Part shown: piece by piece, positions 26,729 through 40,669 of the stretch
Layout of the letters: every line of letters starts with the position of its first letter
Numbering within the stretch: the first letter of the stretch is position 1
Origin: Balanoglossus misakiensis
Taxonomy: Eukaryota; Animalia; Hemichordata
DNA: 64,000 bases
Assembly (NCBI GenBank): GCA_040954595.2
Contig: CM082577.2
Coordinates: forward strand, 14,825,903-14,889,902
Reading direction: 5' to 3'
Made by a program: the position numbers and the translations under genes
Notes under the pieces: generated by a model
Told to the model about the DNA's origin: nothing
The model's input: only the letters and a program-made list of their open reading frames with translations
Databases searched by the model: none

Positions 26729-29700
26729 AGGGGCACAAGCCTATCGGGCTTGTGCCCCTATTGGTATTGTTGGAATTTTTCTTTATTAGGGCCCAAGCGC
26801 ATGCAGCGCTTGGGCCCTATTGGTATTATCCTGGTTTTCAGGGCCCAAGCGCATACCAGCGCTTGGGCCCTATTGGTTTCGTTGGGGTTTTTCTGTCTTT
26901 CTTTCTTTCTTTATTCTTGTGTCATTTCTTTGTCGCTCTAGATCTCAGACACCGCTGCAGGTACACTTCTCAAACTTGATACAGTGGTCAAGGTCAATGG
27001 GTAGTCGTGCATTGAACTCTTGAATTTTTAATTAGTCACGTGACATGGCGGCCATATTGGATTTTCTGAAAAAATGCAAATCTCAGATCTCAGAAACTAC
27101 AAGTCAGATCGACTTCAAATTTGGTGTGCAGGTAGTCTACCTTCTACCCATCATTTTTGTAATTGGATATTTTGCTGTCAATGTTGCAGCTTTTTTGCTA
27201 CAATTTTTTTTCTGAAATCTGGCTTAAATTTCAAAAATCTTCTTCTCCAGAACCGGTGATAACCGAGTGATGCGGTTTGGGGTATGTGGTCACCTAACTG
27301 ATGTCTATCAAGATTGATAAGAAGCATTGTGATTGGTCGAAGATTATGGCGGCCATATTGGATTTTCGAAAAACCATAGTAAAACTGCAAAAATCTTCTT
27401 CTCCAGAAGGAGCGATAACTGAGTCGCAAGATTCGGGGATTATGGTCACAACACTGATGTCTATCAAGTTTGCAAAGAGCATTGTGATTGGTCGAAGATT
27501 ATGGCGGCCATATTGGATTTTGTAAAAAGCAGTGAAAAATTGAAATTCCTTTTCCTAGTCTAAAAATTGACAGCATACAAATTCTTTTCATGGATATCAA
27601 TCATCATATGACTAAAATATGTTACAAATTTTTGGCGATTTTTCACATGACCTTTGACCTACTTATCACGCGTTATTATTTCTGCATATCTAATTCCAGG
27701 CTAACCTATAGGGCTAGACTTTTGGTTTTTGATGCATGTGGATTAGTGTGTGATCAAAACATTTTGCTACTTTTCATGACCCCTTTGACCTCTGCTGACC
27801 TCATTAATTATGTGCATATCTAATTACAGGCGAACCAATAGAGCTAGAGGTTTGGTTTTTGTTGGACATGGACCAGTATGGGATCAAATTTTTTTGCCCA
27901 AATGTTTGGTGACCTCTGGTGACCTTTGACCTACTTTCGCATATCTCAGCATCCAGAGCAGATACAGCCATGGCAATTTGGTAGGATGGGACCAAAATGT
28001 AAAGCCACATTTTTGGGTCACCTGTGACACCTGCTGACCTCATTAAATATGCACATACCTAATTACAGGCGAACCAATAGAGCTAGAGTTTTGTTTTTTG
28101 TTGGACATGGACCAGTATGGGTAAAAAAAAATTGCCCAAATGTTGGGTGACCTCAGGTGACCTTTGACCTACTTCACCCTATTTCAGCAGCAAAAATACA
28201 CGTCCTTGTTATGTCATGAGATAATACATGCGATAGAAAATTCTGTTTCTTCTCATCATACTGTGCATATATAATTCAAGATCAGCGCTTGGGCCCGACA
28301 ATGCTGCTCGCAGCTTTAATTCTTCTACTTCTTCTTCTTTTTTTTTTTTTTCTTGTGTAGTTTTTTCGGCAAGCTAGATCTGGAAAACGGCTGAACCTAC
28401 AAATTTCAAAGTTGGCACAAGGGTGCAGGCCAATGAGAGCTGGTGCAGTACCCTTGTGAATGTTTAATAAGTCACGTGACCTGATGACCATATATGGACA
28501 AAATTTTCAAATTGGCCTAATTTGCATATGAATGGACATATCAAAATTCTGTTAACATACTTTGTGGACCATGTGGCCAGGATTCTACATGCCAAATGTC
28601 AAGGCCATAGGCTATGTCAATTTTGAGAAGAAGATTTTTAAGTATTATTTTTCATATTTTTCACCCAAGCCATGGGCCTATACTTTACATAGTAAAGCTA
28701 TGACCACATATTATTTTGGATAAATATGCATACATATCTCAAAATCTGTTAGGCCGATCATCTCCAACTTTGGTGTGCAGCTAGCCTAGCATTTGTCAAT
28801 AATTTTAAGCGAAAAAAAATAATATGAAAAATCTACCGATTTTTTTATATTAATTTTTTTTTTAAATTTATACCTTTACTTATACCTCTATGGTTAAGCT
28901 ATGTCCATGTCTTATTGTGGAATTCTTCTGGTCTGTGCAATAGTCCTGTACAGTGACTGTCTATTGGTCAGTGAGCACAATGGCACCAAAATAAAAGGCA
29001 AAAGTTTAGGCTCACCTGTAACACCTGCTGAACTCATTAATTATGTGCATACCTAATTCTGGGCTAACTAAGAGGGCTAGAGGTTTCGTTCTTGTGCGAC
29101 ATGGACCAGTATAGGGTCAAAATTTCTTGCCCAAATTTTGGGTGACCTCAGGTGACCTTTGACCTACTTTCCTATATCTCGGCATCCAGAGAAGGTACAC
29201 ACTTGGCGTTTGGAGGGTTGGGACTAAAATTGAAAAGCCAAAATGGAGGTCACCTGTGACACCTGCATATCTGATTAATTATGTGCATACCTAATTCCAG
29301 GCTAACCAATAGGGCTATAGGTTTGGTTTTTGTTGAACATGGACCAGTATAGGGTCAAAACTTCTTGCCCAAATGTTGCATGACCTCAGGTGACCTTTGA
29401 CCTACTTTACCATATCTTGGCATCCAGAGCAGGTACAGACTTGGCGTTTTGAGGGTTGGGACTAAAATTTAAAAGCCAAAATGCAGGTCACCTGTGACAC
29501 CTGCATATCTCATTAATTATGTGCATACCTAATTCCAGGCTAACCAATGGTGCTATAGGTTTGGTTTTTGTTGAACATGGACCAGTATAGGGTCAAAATT
29601 TCTTGCCCAAATTTTGCATGACCTCAGGTGACCTTTGACCTACTTTTCCATATCTTGGCATCCAGAGCAGATATGCTTATTGCTATGTGCTATGTTGGCT

Positions 29701-32700
29701 TGGGCCCGCTATTGCTGCTTGCAGCTATATTTAGGGCCCAAGCGCAAGCCAGCGCTTGGGCCCTATTGGTTTCGTTGGGGTTTTTCTGTCTTTCCTTCTT
29801 TCTTTCTTTCTTTCTTCTTTCTTTATTCTTCTGTCAATTCTTTGTCGCTCTAGATCTCAGACACCACTGCAGGTACAGTTCTCAAACTTGCTACAGTGGT
29901 CAAGGTCAATGAGTAGTCGTGCATTGAACCCATGAATTTTTAATTAGTCACATGACCTGGCGGCCATCTTGGATTTTCTGAAAAAATGCAAATCTCAGAT
30001 CTCAGAAACTACAAGTCAGATCAACTTCAAATTTGGCGTGCAGGTAGACTACCTTCTGTCAATCATTTTTGTAATTGGAAATTATGCTGACAAAGTTGCA
30101 GTTTTTTTGCTACAATTTTTTTTCTGAAATCTGGCTTAAATTTCAAAAATCTTCTTCTCCAGAACCGGTGATAACCGAGACACGGGGTTTGGGGTATGTG
30201 GTCACCTAACTGATGTCTATCAAGTTTGCGAAGACCATTGTGATTGGTCGAAGATTATGGCGGCCATATTGGATTTTCGAAAAACCCTAGTAGAATTTCA
30301 AAAATCTTCTTCTCAAGAACCGGCGATAACCGAGTCGCAAGATTTGGTGTGTGTGGTCATTAAACAGATGTCTATCAAGTTTGCGAAGCGGAATGTGATT
30401 GGTCGAAGATTATGGCAGCCATATTGGATTTTGTGAAAAACGATTAAAAAGTATAAATTCCTTTTCTAGCCTAAAAATTGATAGCTCAGAAATTCTTTTT
30501 ATGGATATGAATCATCATATGACAAGAATAAGCTATAAATATTTTCGTAATTTTGGCAATGACCTTTGACCTACTTTTGACGAATCATTTTTCTGCATAT
30601 CTAATTCCAGGCTAACCAATAGGGCTATAAGTTTGGTTTTTGATGTATGTGGATTTGTATGTGATCAAAAATTTTTGCTACTTTTCATGACCCCTTTGAC
30701 CTCTGCTGACCTCATTAAATATGCGCATACCTAATTAATGATGAACCAATAGACCTAGAGGTTTTGTTTTTGTTATACATGGACCAGTATGGGGTCAAAA
30801 TATTTTGCCCAAATGTTGGGTGACCTCGGGTGACCTTTGACCTACTTTTGCATATCTCGACATCCACACCAGATACAGCCTTGGCGTTTGGAGGTATGGG
30901 GCCATAATGAAAAGCCAAAGTTTTGGGTCACCTGTGACACCTGCTTAACTCATTATTTATGTGCATACCTAATTCCGGGCTAACCAAAAGGGCTAGAGGT
31001 CTGGTTTTTGTTGGACATGGACCACTATGGGTCAAAATTTTCTGCCCAAATTGTGGGTGACCTCTGGGTGACCTTTGACCTACTTAACACTATATCAACA
31101 CCAAACATAGATATAACCTTGATATTTCATGGGATAAAACACAGCATTATGTTTCTACTCATTAATTATGTGCATATCTAATAATCAGATCAGATAATAG
31201 AGCTTGGGCCCGGACAATGCTGCTTGCAGCTTTAATTATTATTATTATTAGGGCCCAAGCGCAAGCAAGCGCTTGGGCCCTATTGGTTTCGTTGGAATTT
31301 TTCTTTCTTTCTTTCTTTCTTTATTCTCCTGTCAATTCTTCGGCCAACTAAATCTCAGAAACTACTGCAGGTACACTGCTCAAACTTGCTACAGTGGTCA
31401 AGGTCAATGAGTAGATGTGCAGTGATTTGTGAATACTTAATTAGTCACGTGACTTGGCGGCCATATTGGATTTTCTGAAAAAATGCAAATCTCAGATCTC
31501 AGAAACTACAAGTCAGATCGACTTCAAATTTGGCATGCAGGTAGACTACCTTCTACTCATCATTTTTGTAATCGGAAATTTTGCTGTCAATGTTGCAGTT
31601 TTTTTGCTACAATTTTTTTTCTGAAATCTGGCTTAAATTTCAAAAATCTTCTTCTCCAGAACCAGTGATAACCGAGACACGCGGTTTAGGGTATGTGGTC
31701 ACCTAACTGATGTCTATCAAGTTTGCGAAGATCATTGTGATTGGTCGAAGATTATGGCGGCCATATTGGATTTTCGAAAAACCATAGTTAAACTCCAAAA
31801 ATCTTCTTCTCCAGAACGGGCGATGACTGAGTCGCAAGATTCAGGGAGTATGGTCACTACACTGATGTCTATCATGTTTGCAAAGAGCATTGTGATTGGT
31901 CAAAGATTATGGCGGCCATATTGGATTTTGTAAAAAGCAGCGAAAAATTGAAAATCCTTTATCTAGTCTAAAAATTGATAGCATACAAATTCTTTTTATG
32001 GATATCAATCGTTATGTGACTAAAATATGTTACAATTTTTTGGCGATTTTTCACATGACCTTTGACCTACCTATCACGCGTTATTATTTCTGCATATCTA
32101 ATTCCAGGCTAACCTATAGGGCTAGACGTTTGGTTTTTGATGAATGTGGATAAGTGTGTGATCAAAATATTTTGCTACTTTTCATGACCCCTTTGACCTC
32201 TGCTGACCTCATTAATTATGTGCATAGCTAATTACAGGCGCACCAATAGAGCTAGAGGTTTGGTTTTTGTTGGACATGGACCAGTATGGGATCACCATTT
32301 TTTGCCCAAATGTTGGGTGACCTCTGGTGACCTTTGACCTACTTTCGCATATCTCAGCATCCAGAGCAGATACAGCCATGGCATTTGGTAGGATGGGACC
32401 AAAATGTAAAGCCACATTTTTGGGTCACCTGTAACACCTGCTGACCTCATTAAATATGCACATACCTAATTACAGGCGAACCAATAGAGCTAGAGTTTTG
32501 GTTTTTGTTGGACATGGACCAGTATGGGTAAAAAAAATTGCCCAAATGTTGGGTGACCTCAGGTGACCTTTGACCTACTTCACCCTATTTCAGCAGCAAA
32601 AATACACACATCCTTGTTATGTCATGAGATAATACATCCGATAGAAAATTCTGTTTCTTCTCATTCATACTGTGCATATATAATTCAAGATCAGCGCTTG

Positions 32701-35700
32701 GGCCCGACAATGCTGCTCGCAGCTTTAATTCTGTCTTTCTTTCTTTCTTTCTTTATTCTTCTGTCAATTCTTTGTCGCTCTAGATCTCAGACACCGCTGC
32801 AGGTACACTTCTGAAACTTGCTACAGTGGTCAAGGTCAATGAGTAGTCGTGCATTGAACCCTTGAATTTTTAATTAGTCACGTGACCTGGCGGCCATATT
32901 GGATTTTCTGGAACAATGCAAATCTCAGATCTCAGAAACTACAAGTCAGATCGACTTCAAATTTGGTGTGCAGGTAGTCTACCTTCTACCCATCATTTTT
33001 GTAATTGGATATTTTGCTGTAAATGTTGCAGTTTTTTTGCTACAATTTTTTTTCTGAAATCTGGCTTAAATTTCAAAAATCTTCTTCTCCAGAACCGGTG
33101 ATAACTGAGTCACGCGGTTTGGGGTATGTGGTCACCTAACTGATGTCTATCAAGTTTGCGAAGATCATTGTGATTGGTCAAAGATTATGGCGGCCATATT
33201 GGATTTTCAAAAAACCATAGTAAAACTTCAAAAATCTTCTTCTCAAGAACGGGCGATAACCGAGTCACAAGATTTGGTGTGTGTGGTCATTAAACAGATG
33301 TCTATCAAGTTTGCGAAGGGGAATGTGATTGGTCGAAGATTATGGCGGCCATATTGGATTTTGTGAAAAACGATTAAAAAGTAAAAATTCCTTTTCTAAC
33401 CTAAAAATTGATAGCACAGAAATTCTTTTTATTGATATGAATCATCATATGACAAGAATAAGCTATAAATATTTTGGTAATTTTGGCAATGACCTTTGAC
33501 CTACTTTTGACGCATCATTTTTCTGCATATCTAATTCCAGGCTAACCAATAGGGCTATAAGTTTGGTTTTTGATGTATGTGGATTTGTATGTGATCAAAA
33601 AATTTTGCTACTTTTCATGACCCCTTTGACCTCTGGTGACCTCATTAAATATGCGCATACCTAATTAATGATGAACCAATAGACCTAGAGGTTTTGTTTT
33701 TGTTATACATAGACCAGTATGGGGTCAAAATATTTTGCCCAAATGTTGGGTGACCTCGGGTGACCTTTGACCTACTTTTGCATATCTCGACATCCACAGC
33801 AGATACAGCCTTGGCGTTTGGAGGTATGGGGCCATAATGAAAAGCCAAAGTTTTGGGTCACCTGTGACACCTGCTTAACTCATTATTTATGTGCATACCT
33901 AATTCCGGGCTAACCAAAAGGGCTAGAGGTCTGGTTTTTGTTGGACATGGACCACTATGGGTCAAAATTTTCTGCCCAAATTGTGGGTGACATCTGGGTG
34001 ACCTTTGACCTACTTAACACTATGTCAACACCAAACATGGATATAACCTTGATATTTCATGGGGTAAAACAGCATTATGTTTCTACTCATTAATTATGTG
34101 CATATCTAATAATCAGATCAGATAATAGAGCTTGGGCCCGGACAATGCTGCTTGCAGCTTTAATTATTATTATTACGGGCCCAAGCCAAGCCAGGCTTGG
34201 GCCCGTATTGGTTTCGTTGGGGTTTTTCTTTCTTTCTTTATTCTTGGTTCATTTCTTTCGCGCTCTAGATCTCAGACACCGCTGCAGGTACAGTTCTCAA
34301 ACTTGCTACAGTGGTCAAGGTCAATGAGTAGATGTGCAGTGACTTGTGAATACTTAATTAGTCACGTGACATGGCGGCCATATTGGATTTTCTGAAAAAA
34401 TGCAAATCTCAGATCTCAGAAACTACAAGTCAGATCGTCTTCAGATTTGGCGTGCTGGTAGTATACCCTCTGCCCATCATTTTTGTAATTGGATATTTTG
34501 CTGTCAATGTTGCAGTTTTTTTGCTACAGTTGTTTTTCTGAAATCTGGTCAAAATTTCAAAAATCTTCTTCTCCAGAACCGGCGATAACCGAGTCACGCC
34601 GTTTGGGTTATGTGGTCACCTAACTGATGTCTATCAAGTTTGCGAAGATCATTGTGATTGGTCAAAGATTATGGCGGCCATATTGAATTTTCGAAAAACC
34701 ATAGTAAAACTTTAAAAATCTTCTCCTCCAGAACGGGCGATAACCGAGTCACAAGATTTGGTGCGTGTGGTCATTAAACGGATGTCTATCAAGTTTGCGA
34801 AGGGGAATGTGATTGGTTGAAGATTATGGCGGCCATATTGGATTTTGTGAAAAACGATTAAAAAGTAAAAATTCCTTTTCTAGCCTAAAAATTGATAGCA
34901 CAGACATTCTTTTTATGGATATGAATCATCATATGACAAGAATAAGCTATAAATATTTTTGTAATTTTGGCAATGACCTTTGACCTACTTTTGACGAATC
35001 ATTTTTCTGCATATCTAATTCCAGGCTAACCAATAGGGCTATAAGTTTGGTTTTTGATGTATGTGGATTTGTATGTGATCAAAACATTTTGCTACTTTTC
35101 ATGACCCCTTTGACCTCTGGTGACCTCATTAAATATGCGCATACCTAATTAATGATGAACCAATAGACCTAGAGGTTTTGTTTTTGTTATACATGGACCA
35201 GTATGGGGTCAAAATATTTTGCCCAAATGTTGGGTGACCTCGGGTGACCTTTGACCTACTTAACACTATATTAGCATCAGATCAGATAAGAGAGCTTGGG
35301 CCCGGACAATGCTGCTTGCAGCTTTAATTCTTCTTCTTCTTCTTCTTCCGAGAAATTCGGCCAGGTAGATCTGGAAAACCGCTGCACCTAGGGGGCTGAA
35401 ACTTGGTAGGGTGATAGGGGCCAATGAGTAGACGTGCAGTGGCTCGTGAATATTTAATTAGTCACGTGACCTGGCGGCCATATTGGATTTCCTGAAAATC
35501 GTTAAATGAGTCCTTCTCTAAAACCACTGGGCCGATCGAGTTCAAATTTGGTGTGCAGTTAGCCTACCTTATGTCCATCATTTTACCCCATTAAAATCAT
35601 GACGTCATACATAAAGTTTTTTTGCTACAATTGTTTTTCTGAAAAACTACCTAAAACTTTAAAAATCTTCTTCTCCAGAACCAGCGGTTACCGAGTCTCG

Positions 35701-36539
35701 GGATTTGGGATATGTGGTCACCTAACCTATGTCTATCAAGTTTGCGAAGCACACTGTGATTGGTCGATCATTATGGCGGCCATGTTGGATTTTCGGAAAA
35801 CCATTGAAAAATGAAAATTCCGTTTTGTAGCCAAAATATTGACAGCACGGAAATTCTTTTTTTGGATATGAGTCATCATATGACCGGAAGTTGTCACAAT
35901 TTTTCGGGGCAATTTTCACATGACCTTTGACCCAGTTTTAAAACAACTAATTATATATGCATATTCAACATACCTCCTCTTGTCAAAGCACCACAGTCAT
36001 GAATTTTGTGGACATGGGTACCAATGCAGCCAGGACATGGCACAAATATTTTGGTAATTTTGGCAATGACCCTTGACCTATTTCTGAAACATCATTTTTC
36101 TGCATATCTAATTCCAGGCTAACCAATAGGGCTAGAGGTCTGGTTTTAGTTGGACATGGCCCACTCTGGGATCAAAATTTTATGCCCAAATTTTGGGTGA
36201 CCTTGGATGACCTTTGATCTACTTTCCCATATCTCAGCATCCACAGCAGTTAGAGTCCTGGCTTTTAGGGGGCAGATGGAGCACATATGGAGTCTTACAC
36301 AAGACCTCATTAATTATGCACATACCTAATTCTAGGCGAACCAATAGAGCTAGGGGTCTTGTTTTTGTTGGACCTAGACTTATATGGGGTCCAATTTTTT
36401 TGCCCAAATTTAGGGTGACCTTAGGTGACCTTTGACCTACTTTCCCATATCTTTGTATCCCCAGCAGATACAGCCGTGGCATTTGCTGGTCACCATGGGA
36501 ACCGCTTGTGCCCCGCCAACGCTGCTTGCAGCTTTAATT
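26729..36539 (+). mobile_element. Cluster of seven nested/tandem Helentron-type non-autonomous elements (~1.2-1.5 kb each)
   Basis: 5' hairpin heads at 26729, 26788, 26840, 29733, 31250 and ~34175. 3' subTIR plus GCTGCTTGCAGC stem-loop tails ending near 28321, 29732, 31237, 32730, 34165, 35329 and 36539. (TTTC)n tracts, internal ~120- and ~240-bp modules, T-run target, no TSD. Confidence 0.8.
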
Positions 36540-36716
36540 GACATTGTCGACGCCGAAACCCTGTTTCCCGCAAGCATAAATCCATTTTTGACATTTCAAA
36601 ATATTTCGATGTGGCTTCGGAAATCGGATGAAGAAAACATCTTTCATTTCAACACGATCGGTGTACCTCGAGTCACTCGTGCAATGTCCGTAACAGCAAT
36701 GTTTAGTAGCGCCCAT
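36540..36716 (-). pseudogene. N-terminal half of the split THAP domain (ISL2EU-type transposase)
   Basis: MGATKHCCYGHC...FFIRFPKP....KCQKWIYACG....DNV. Confidence 0.8.
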
Positions 36717-36893
36717 CGCGGAAGTAAACCAAAACAAAGTTTTTAAAAGTAAAAAGAGCAACGCTATCGCTACGTGCTTCGCTCAGTCGATGCTACGTCA
36801 ATGTCCGCTTTTGTCCGCATTTCACTGTTGCCGGACGCATGCGCACTCGCGCAAATCTATTTTTAGCGACATTGATAAAACCCTGGACTGTGC

Positions 36894-37646
36894 TATTATG
36901 ATGAATTTGCCATTGAAAAACTGGAGTGTTGTGGCCATGTGCAAAAGCGCATGGGCCGTCAGCTGATGGATGTGGTATCAAAAAACAAGGGGAAACGGTT
37001 TGTGGAAAATGGGAAGACGTATCATGGTATTGGAGGCGCCCACAGATTAACTAGGAAAGCAATTCTGCGGATTCAGGGCCACTATGGAGGTGCAGTCAGG
37101 AGAAACAGGGGTCATTTATAAGCCATGCACAAATCTATATGGGCCATATGGAAACATAGAAACAGGGACCACACTGATTGTGGCGAGTGGTGCCCATCCC
37201 AATCTGGAAATGGTGACCCAAATAAAAATGCGCTACCGAGGTTTGTTTGCAAAGCTATCCGACCAGTATTTGAAAAGCTGTCTGACAAAAACTTGCTGGT
37301 GAGATGTGTGCATGGAGGCACACAGAACACAAATGAGTCATTGCACAACCTCATATGGGACCGTTGTCCCAAGGAGAGGTTTGTTGGGCGTCGTCGGCTT
37401 GAACTTGCAGTAGCAGACGCAGTAATAGTATATAATGAGGGGGAAATGGGACGATTACCTGTATTTCAGAAGTTAGGCATGGAAGCTGGTTACTATACCA
37501 GGAAAGGTTTACATTCTATAGATAGAAAACGTGTGAATAGGGGGTACATTCCTGGGGCCACCGACGTAATTGCCGCTAGACGTCTACGTGCTGCACATGC
37601 GGCAGAACAACGGGATGACCCAGACTATGGTCCAGGGGAATTTTAA
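36894..37646 (+). pseudogene. Kolobok/Mutator-like transposase, C-terminal half, one in-frame stop
   Basis: YDEFAIEKLECCGHVQKRMG...YGGAVR, TAA at 37119, H..C..WC, GGTQNTNESLHNLIW..CPK. Confidence 0.9.
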
Positions 37647-39089
37647 TCAGTTTTTATCAATTTTATGGGTTTTTTGACAAAAAACAGGCACTCAGTGTAT
37701 ATTCTCATGAATTTCACTCAATACCTGCATCAGGTAAATGTTCATCATCCTGTAAATACATGTATTTGACCATAGATTACTTAAAAAATAATAGAAACAT
37801 CATTATCAACTGTGAATGCGATTTTCTCAAAATGGTATTTCCAGCAATTCTGTAGGCACGGTATGCAAGATATCTCAAGTAATTTTAAAGCAATTTTCTT
37901 GAAATTTTCAGTGATTGTTCATGATGTGATTTTTTATCAAATGAACTATGATTACCGTGCAAAGTGGAAAAATGTTTATGATATGATGGATTGTGTTACA
38001 TTGTTGCAAGGTGAAAAGTCAATTTTTTTGTGTTATTTGCTCTTATTCCTGAAAAAATAAATATACACCAAAGATAATAGTTCATTTAATGCTAAATAAA
38101 TGTAAGTAATTGTATGCAAAGTTTCAGGGCACTAAGTTGAACCGTTCTTGAGATATCACGTTTTTTCCAAAAATCAATTTAGCCTTGGCGGCCATATTTG
38201 TCATGTGACTAATTATGCAAATGAGTTTATGGAAAACCCAAAACACACATTTTCGGAATATTTGGGTAATGTATGTTTTTGTAATATAGAAATCAAACTT
38301 ACAATTTGATCATAAACATTGAATAGAGAGCAGTCAATTTCAACAAAAATCACTTTTTGTAATGTGTATTTCCCATCCAGGATGAAGAAATTTAACTAAT
38401 AATATTCATTCCTCAGTGCTGAAATATGAATAAAATATGTTTAATTTACCACAAAGTACTGAGTTTATGGTATTAAAATAATCATACATCTACACAAGGC
38501 TTTTATATAAGAAGAATAACAAAAAAATAAACTTTTTCTCATACTTTGACCTAATTTGCATATTAAAAAGGTCAACAGAGGTCAATGACCTTGACATTTA
38601 GTCAAATTTCAGAGAAGTTCATGTTGCATCACATGACCAAATTTCATCAATATTGAACAAGTTTTAGCAAAATGGTGGTTTAAATAGTACCACTAAAATG
38701 CATCAAAAATGTGGGTGGAGCCTGGCCTTAAAATAAGGGAAATGTCTTTGTTGTAAATAAAGAAAAACATCACATTAAGAAATACAATGCAGTTGTCTTA
38801 TTTTTTTATTATTTTTCAAAGACTGAACAAAAGGTGAACGCATAATAAGATAATTCTTCACAAATTTATCAAGCTGCATGTAATTCAGATATTGCAATGT
38901 CATGAGTTGCTGCAACATATTGTAAATACTGAATAATTTTCACAAAAAAGGATATTACCAGAGGACACATGATAAATACACACCTTGGTTCAAAGCACTG
39001 AAAATAAATTAACTGTGTTTTCGAATAAAGCACAATAAAGTTTTTCTTGTAAACAAAATGCAAATTGAGGAAGTAAAATGGAACACTCC

Positions 39090-40669
39090 TCACTTAAGAA
39101 TCGGCAATTTAAATCCATGGTATGTTTCTGAACTGAAGTGGTCTCTGATCTTCATAACAGCACAAGATGGCAACACCACCCTTATATCTTTGCCCAGGTA
39201 GCCCCAACACCAACGCACCAATTGACGATAAGCTACATACCGATATGTTCTGTTGATGAGAAAAGAAGAAAACACACTGTTGAATGCCACACAATCATTT
39301 TTTTGCTATAAGCTTATGCAGAAAAATCAAACTGAGATACATGTGGCCATCAAATCATGTCACGACCTTCGATATTTTGATAACAAATATCAATGACACA
39401 TTTTATGCTTTTTACAGAATACATATTTTGTTCAATAATAAGGCTCGTTGAAGAGATAGTTCTACTATCCCTCTCAGACATGAAAAAAGCAAACTTACTC
39501 ATTTTGTGGCTCTGATCTTGATCTTTTACCGTGATATTGTTTACATTGGTGATACGCAGTTTTCAGCACCCAAACATCAAGACACACTGTAGAAAACCCT
39601 GGATGGTAGGTGATGCAACCATACTTTTCTTCCGAGTCATCCAGTATCTCTTTGATATGTGCAATCTCTTGACAGCATAAACACTCCCTTTGCGTTGGCA
39701 TGACTTGGCAACCAGAGCAGTGGCACCTACTAGTATTTCCGGTAAAAAAAGAAAATAAAACATGAGTACTGGTAAGTACTCCAAAATGTATTGTTGCACA
39801 GAGATCGTTACGAGTGAACGGTGCTATATCCTGCCACTCAAAACCATTGCTATATACAGTGCGATCGAGAGAGTGTGTATATATGTTGACTTGTGTTTAG
39901 TGACATTTCGTAAAACAAGGTCAAAATCGTTGTCTTTTCAAAATCTTCATCACACACGAAGTGTCACTTACTGCAGTACAAATGATATGCAACATACGGC
40001 CGATCGTCGCGCCTATCGACTAAATGGGAATGACTTGCCATGGGCTGGTTTGGTGAACGTGTACTCGTCGATGTCATGACCTCGACATGGGAAACTTCAC
40101 GACGATTCAAAATGGCGACCCCGTTTTCTTTCTTTTTTCTACACCCCAAACATATACAGAGTAGATCTGGCACCCCACTTTTACAAATTGTTCCCTCTTA
40201 AAATGCATGGGAGCATTGGTCGATCGTACCATTTGTCTCAAACAACGATAGTTTTGTCACGATGGTCTTGTCATGTAGTCTTATCGATCTATGCTCTATG
40301 CTTTTCCCGGAAGCACTGTACCCGCAGGCGAGGGATCGCTCCAATTTTTAAATTCAACAGTGAAAGTTCAAAATAAGACCGATACTGCCTTATTGAATAC
40401 ATGGCAAACGACATTAAGACGAAAACACAACCTTCTGTGAATTTCATTTGAAGTACTTACCAATCGTCTGTCCCGAACAATCTGTTGCTTTGGCCACCAC
40501 CCGCACCTTGTCCTTCCGAGTCGGACTCCGACTCTGTTTCGGAACAACTTGTCCCGGACGCCTGGGGTTCAAATTGGTATGGCTGTGCGCCGCCAAACCA
40601 ATTCTCGTCAAAATCACTGTCCTCCTCGGAGCAATGGATGGATAAATCGCTGTCGCTGGAGTCCTCCAT
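39090..40669 (-). CDS. KolX / P2X7 cytoplasmic ballast-domain-like protein, predicted 198 aa, intact
   Basis: Exons 40669-40461, 39726-39499 and 39249-39090 (597 nt, GT-AG, in frame). PYQFEP, WCHCSGCQVMPTQRECLCCQE, CITYHPGF..VCL, YRYVAYRQLVRWCWGYLG..IRVVLPSCAV..IR..F......GF. Confidence 0.9.

Larger units (their letters stand above)
17428..36894. mobile_element. Internally deleted ISL2EU-like (PIF/Harbinger-related) element
   Basis: TIRs (G)GCACAGTTCAGGGTTT / AAACCCTGGACTGTGC(T), flanked by AT on both sides. SAP-domain ORF start at the left end and a convergent THAP ORF start at the right end. Exact end base uncertain by 1-2 nt. Confidence 0.7.
15828..38727 (+). mobile_element. Kolobok DNA transposon (single 'Mutator-like' DDE transposase) nested between the convergent genes of the outer Kolobok
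   Basis: Perfect 15-bp TIRs GGCCAGGCTCCACCC / GGGTGGAGCCTGGCC with TTAA on both sides (15824-15827, 38728-38731). Confidence 0.92.

Noticed and set aside
26729-36539. CRISPR array or protein-coding repeat family (recurrent MQISDLRNYK... ORFs)
   Set aside because: Units are kb-sized with homologous interiors rather than unique spacers, there are no cas genes, and the short ORFs are chance frames with variable stops.
39090-40669. P2RX7 receptor gene
   Set aside because: Only the cytoplasmic ballast-like domain is present; there are no transmembrane or ectodomain exons, and the context is Kolobok.
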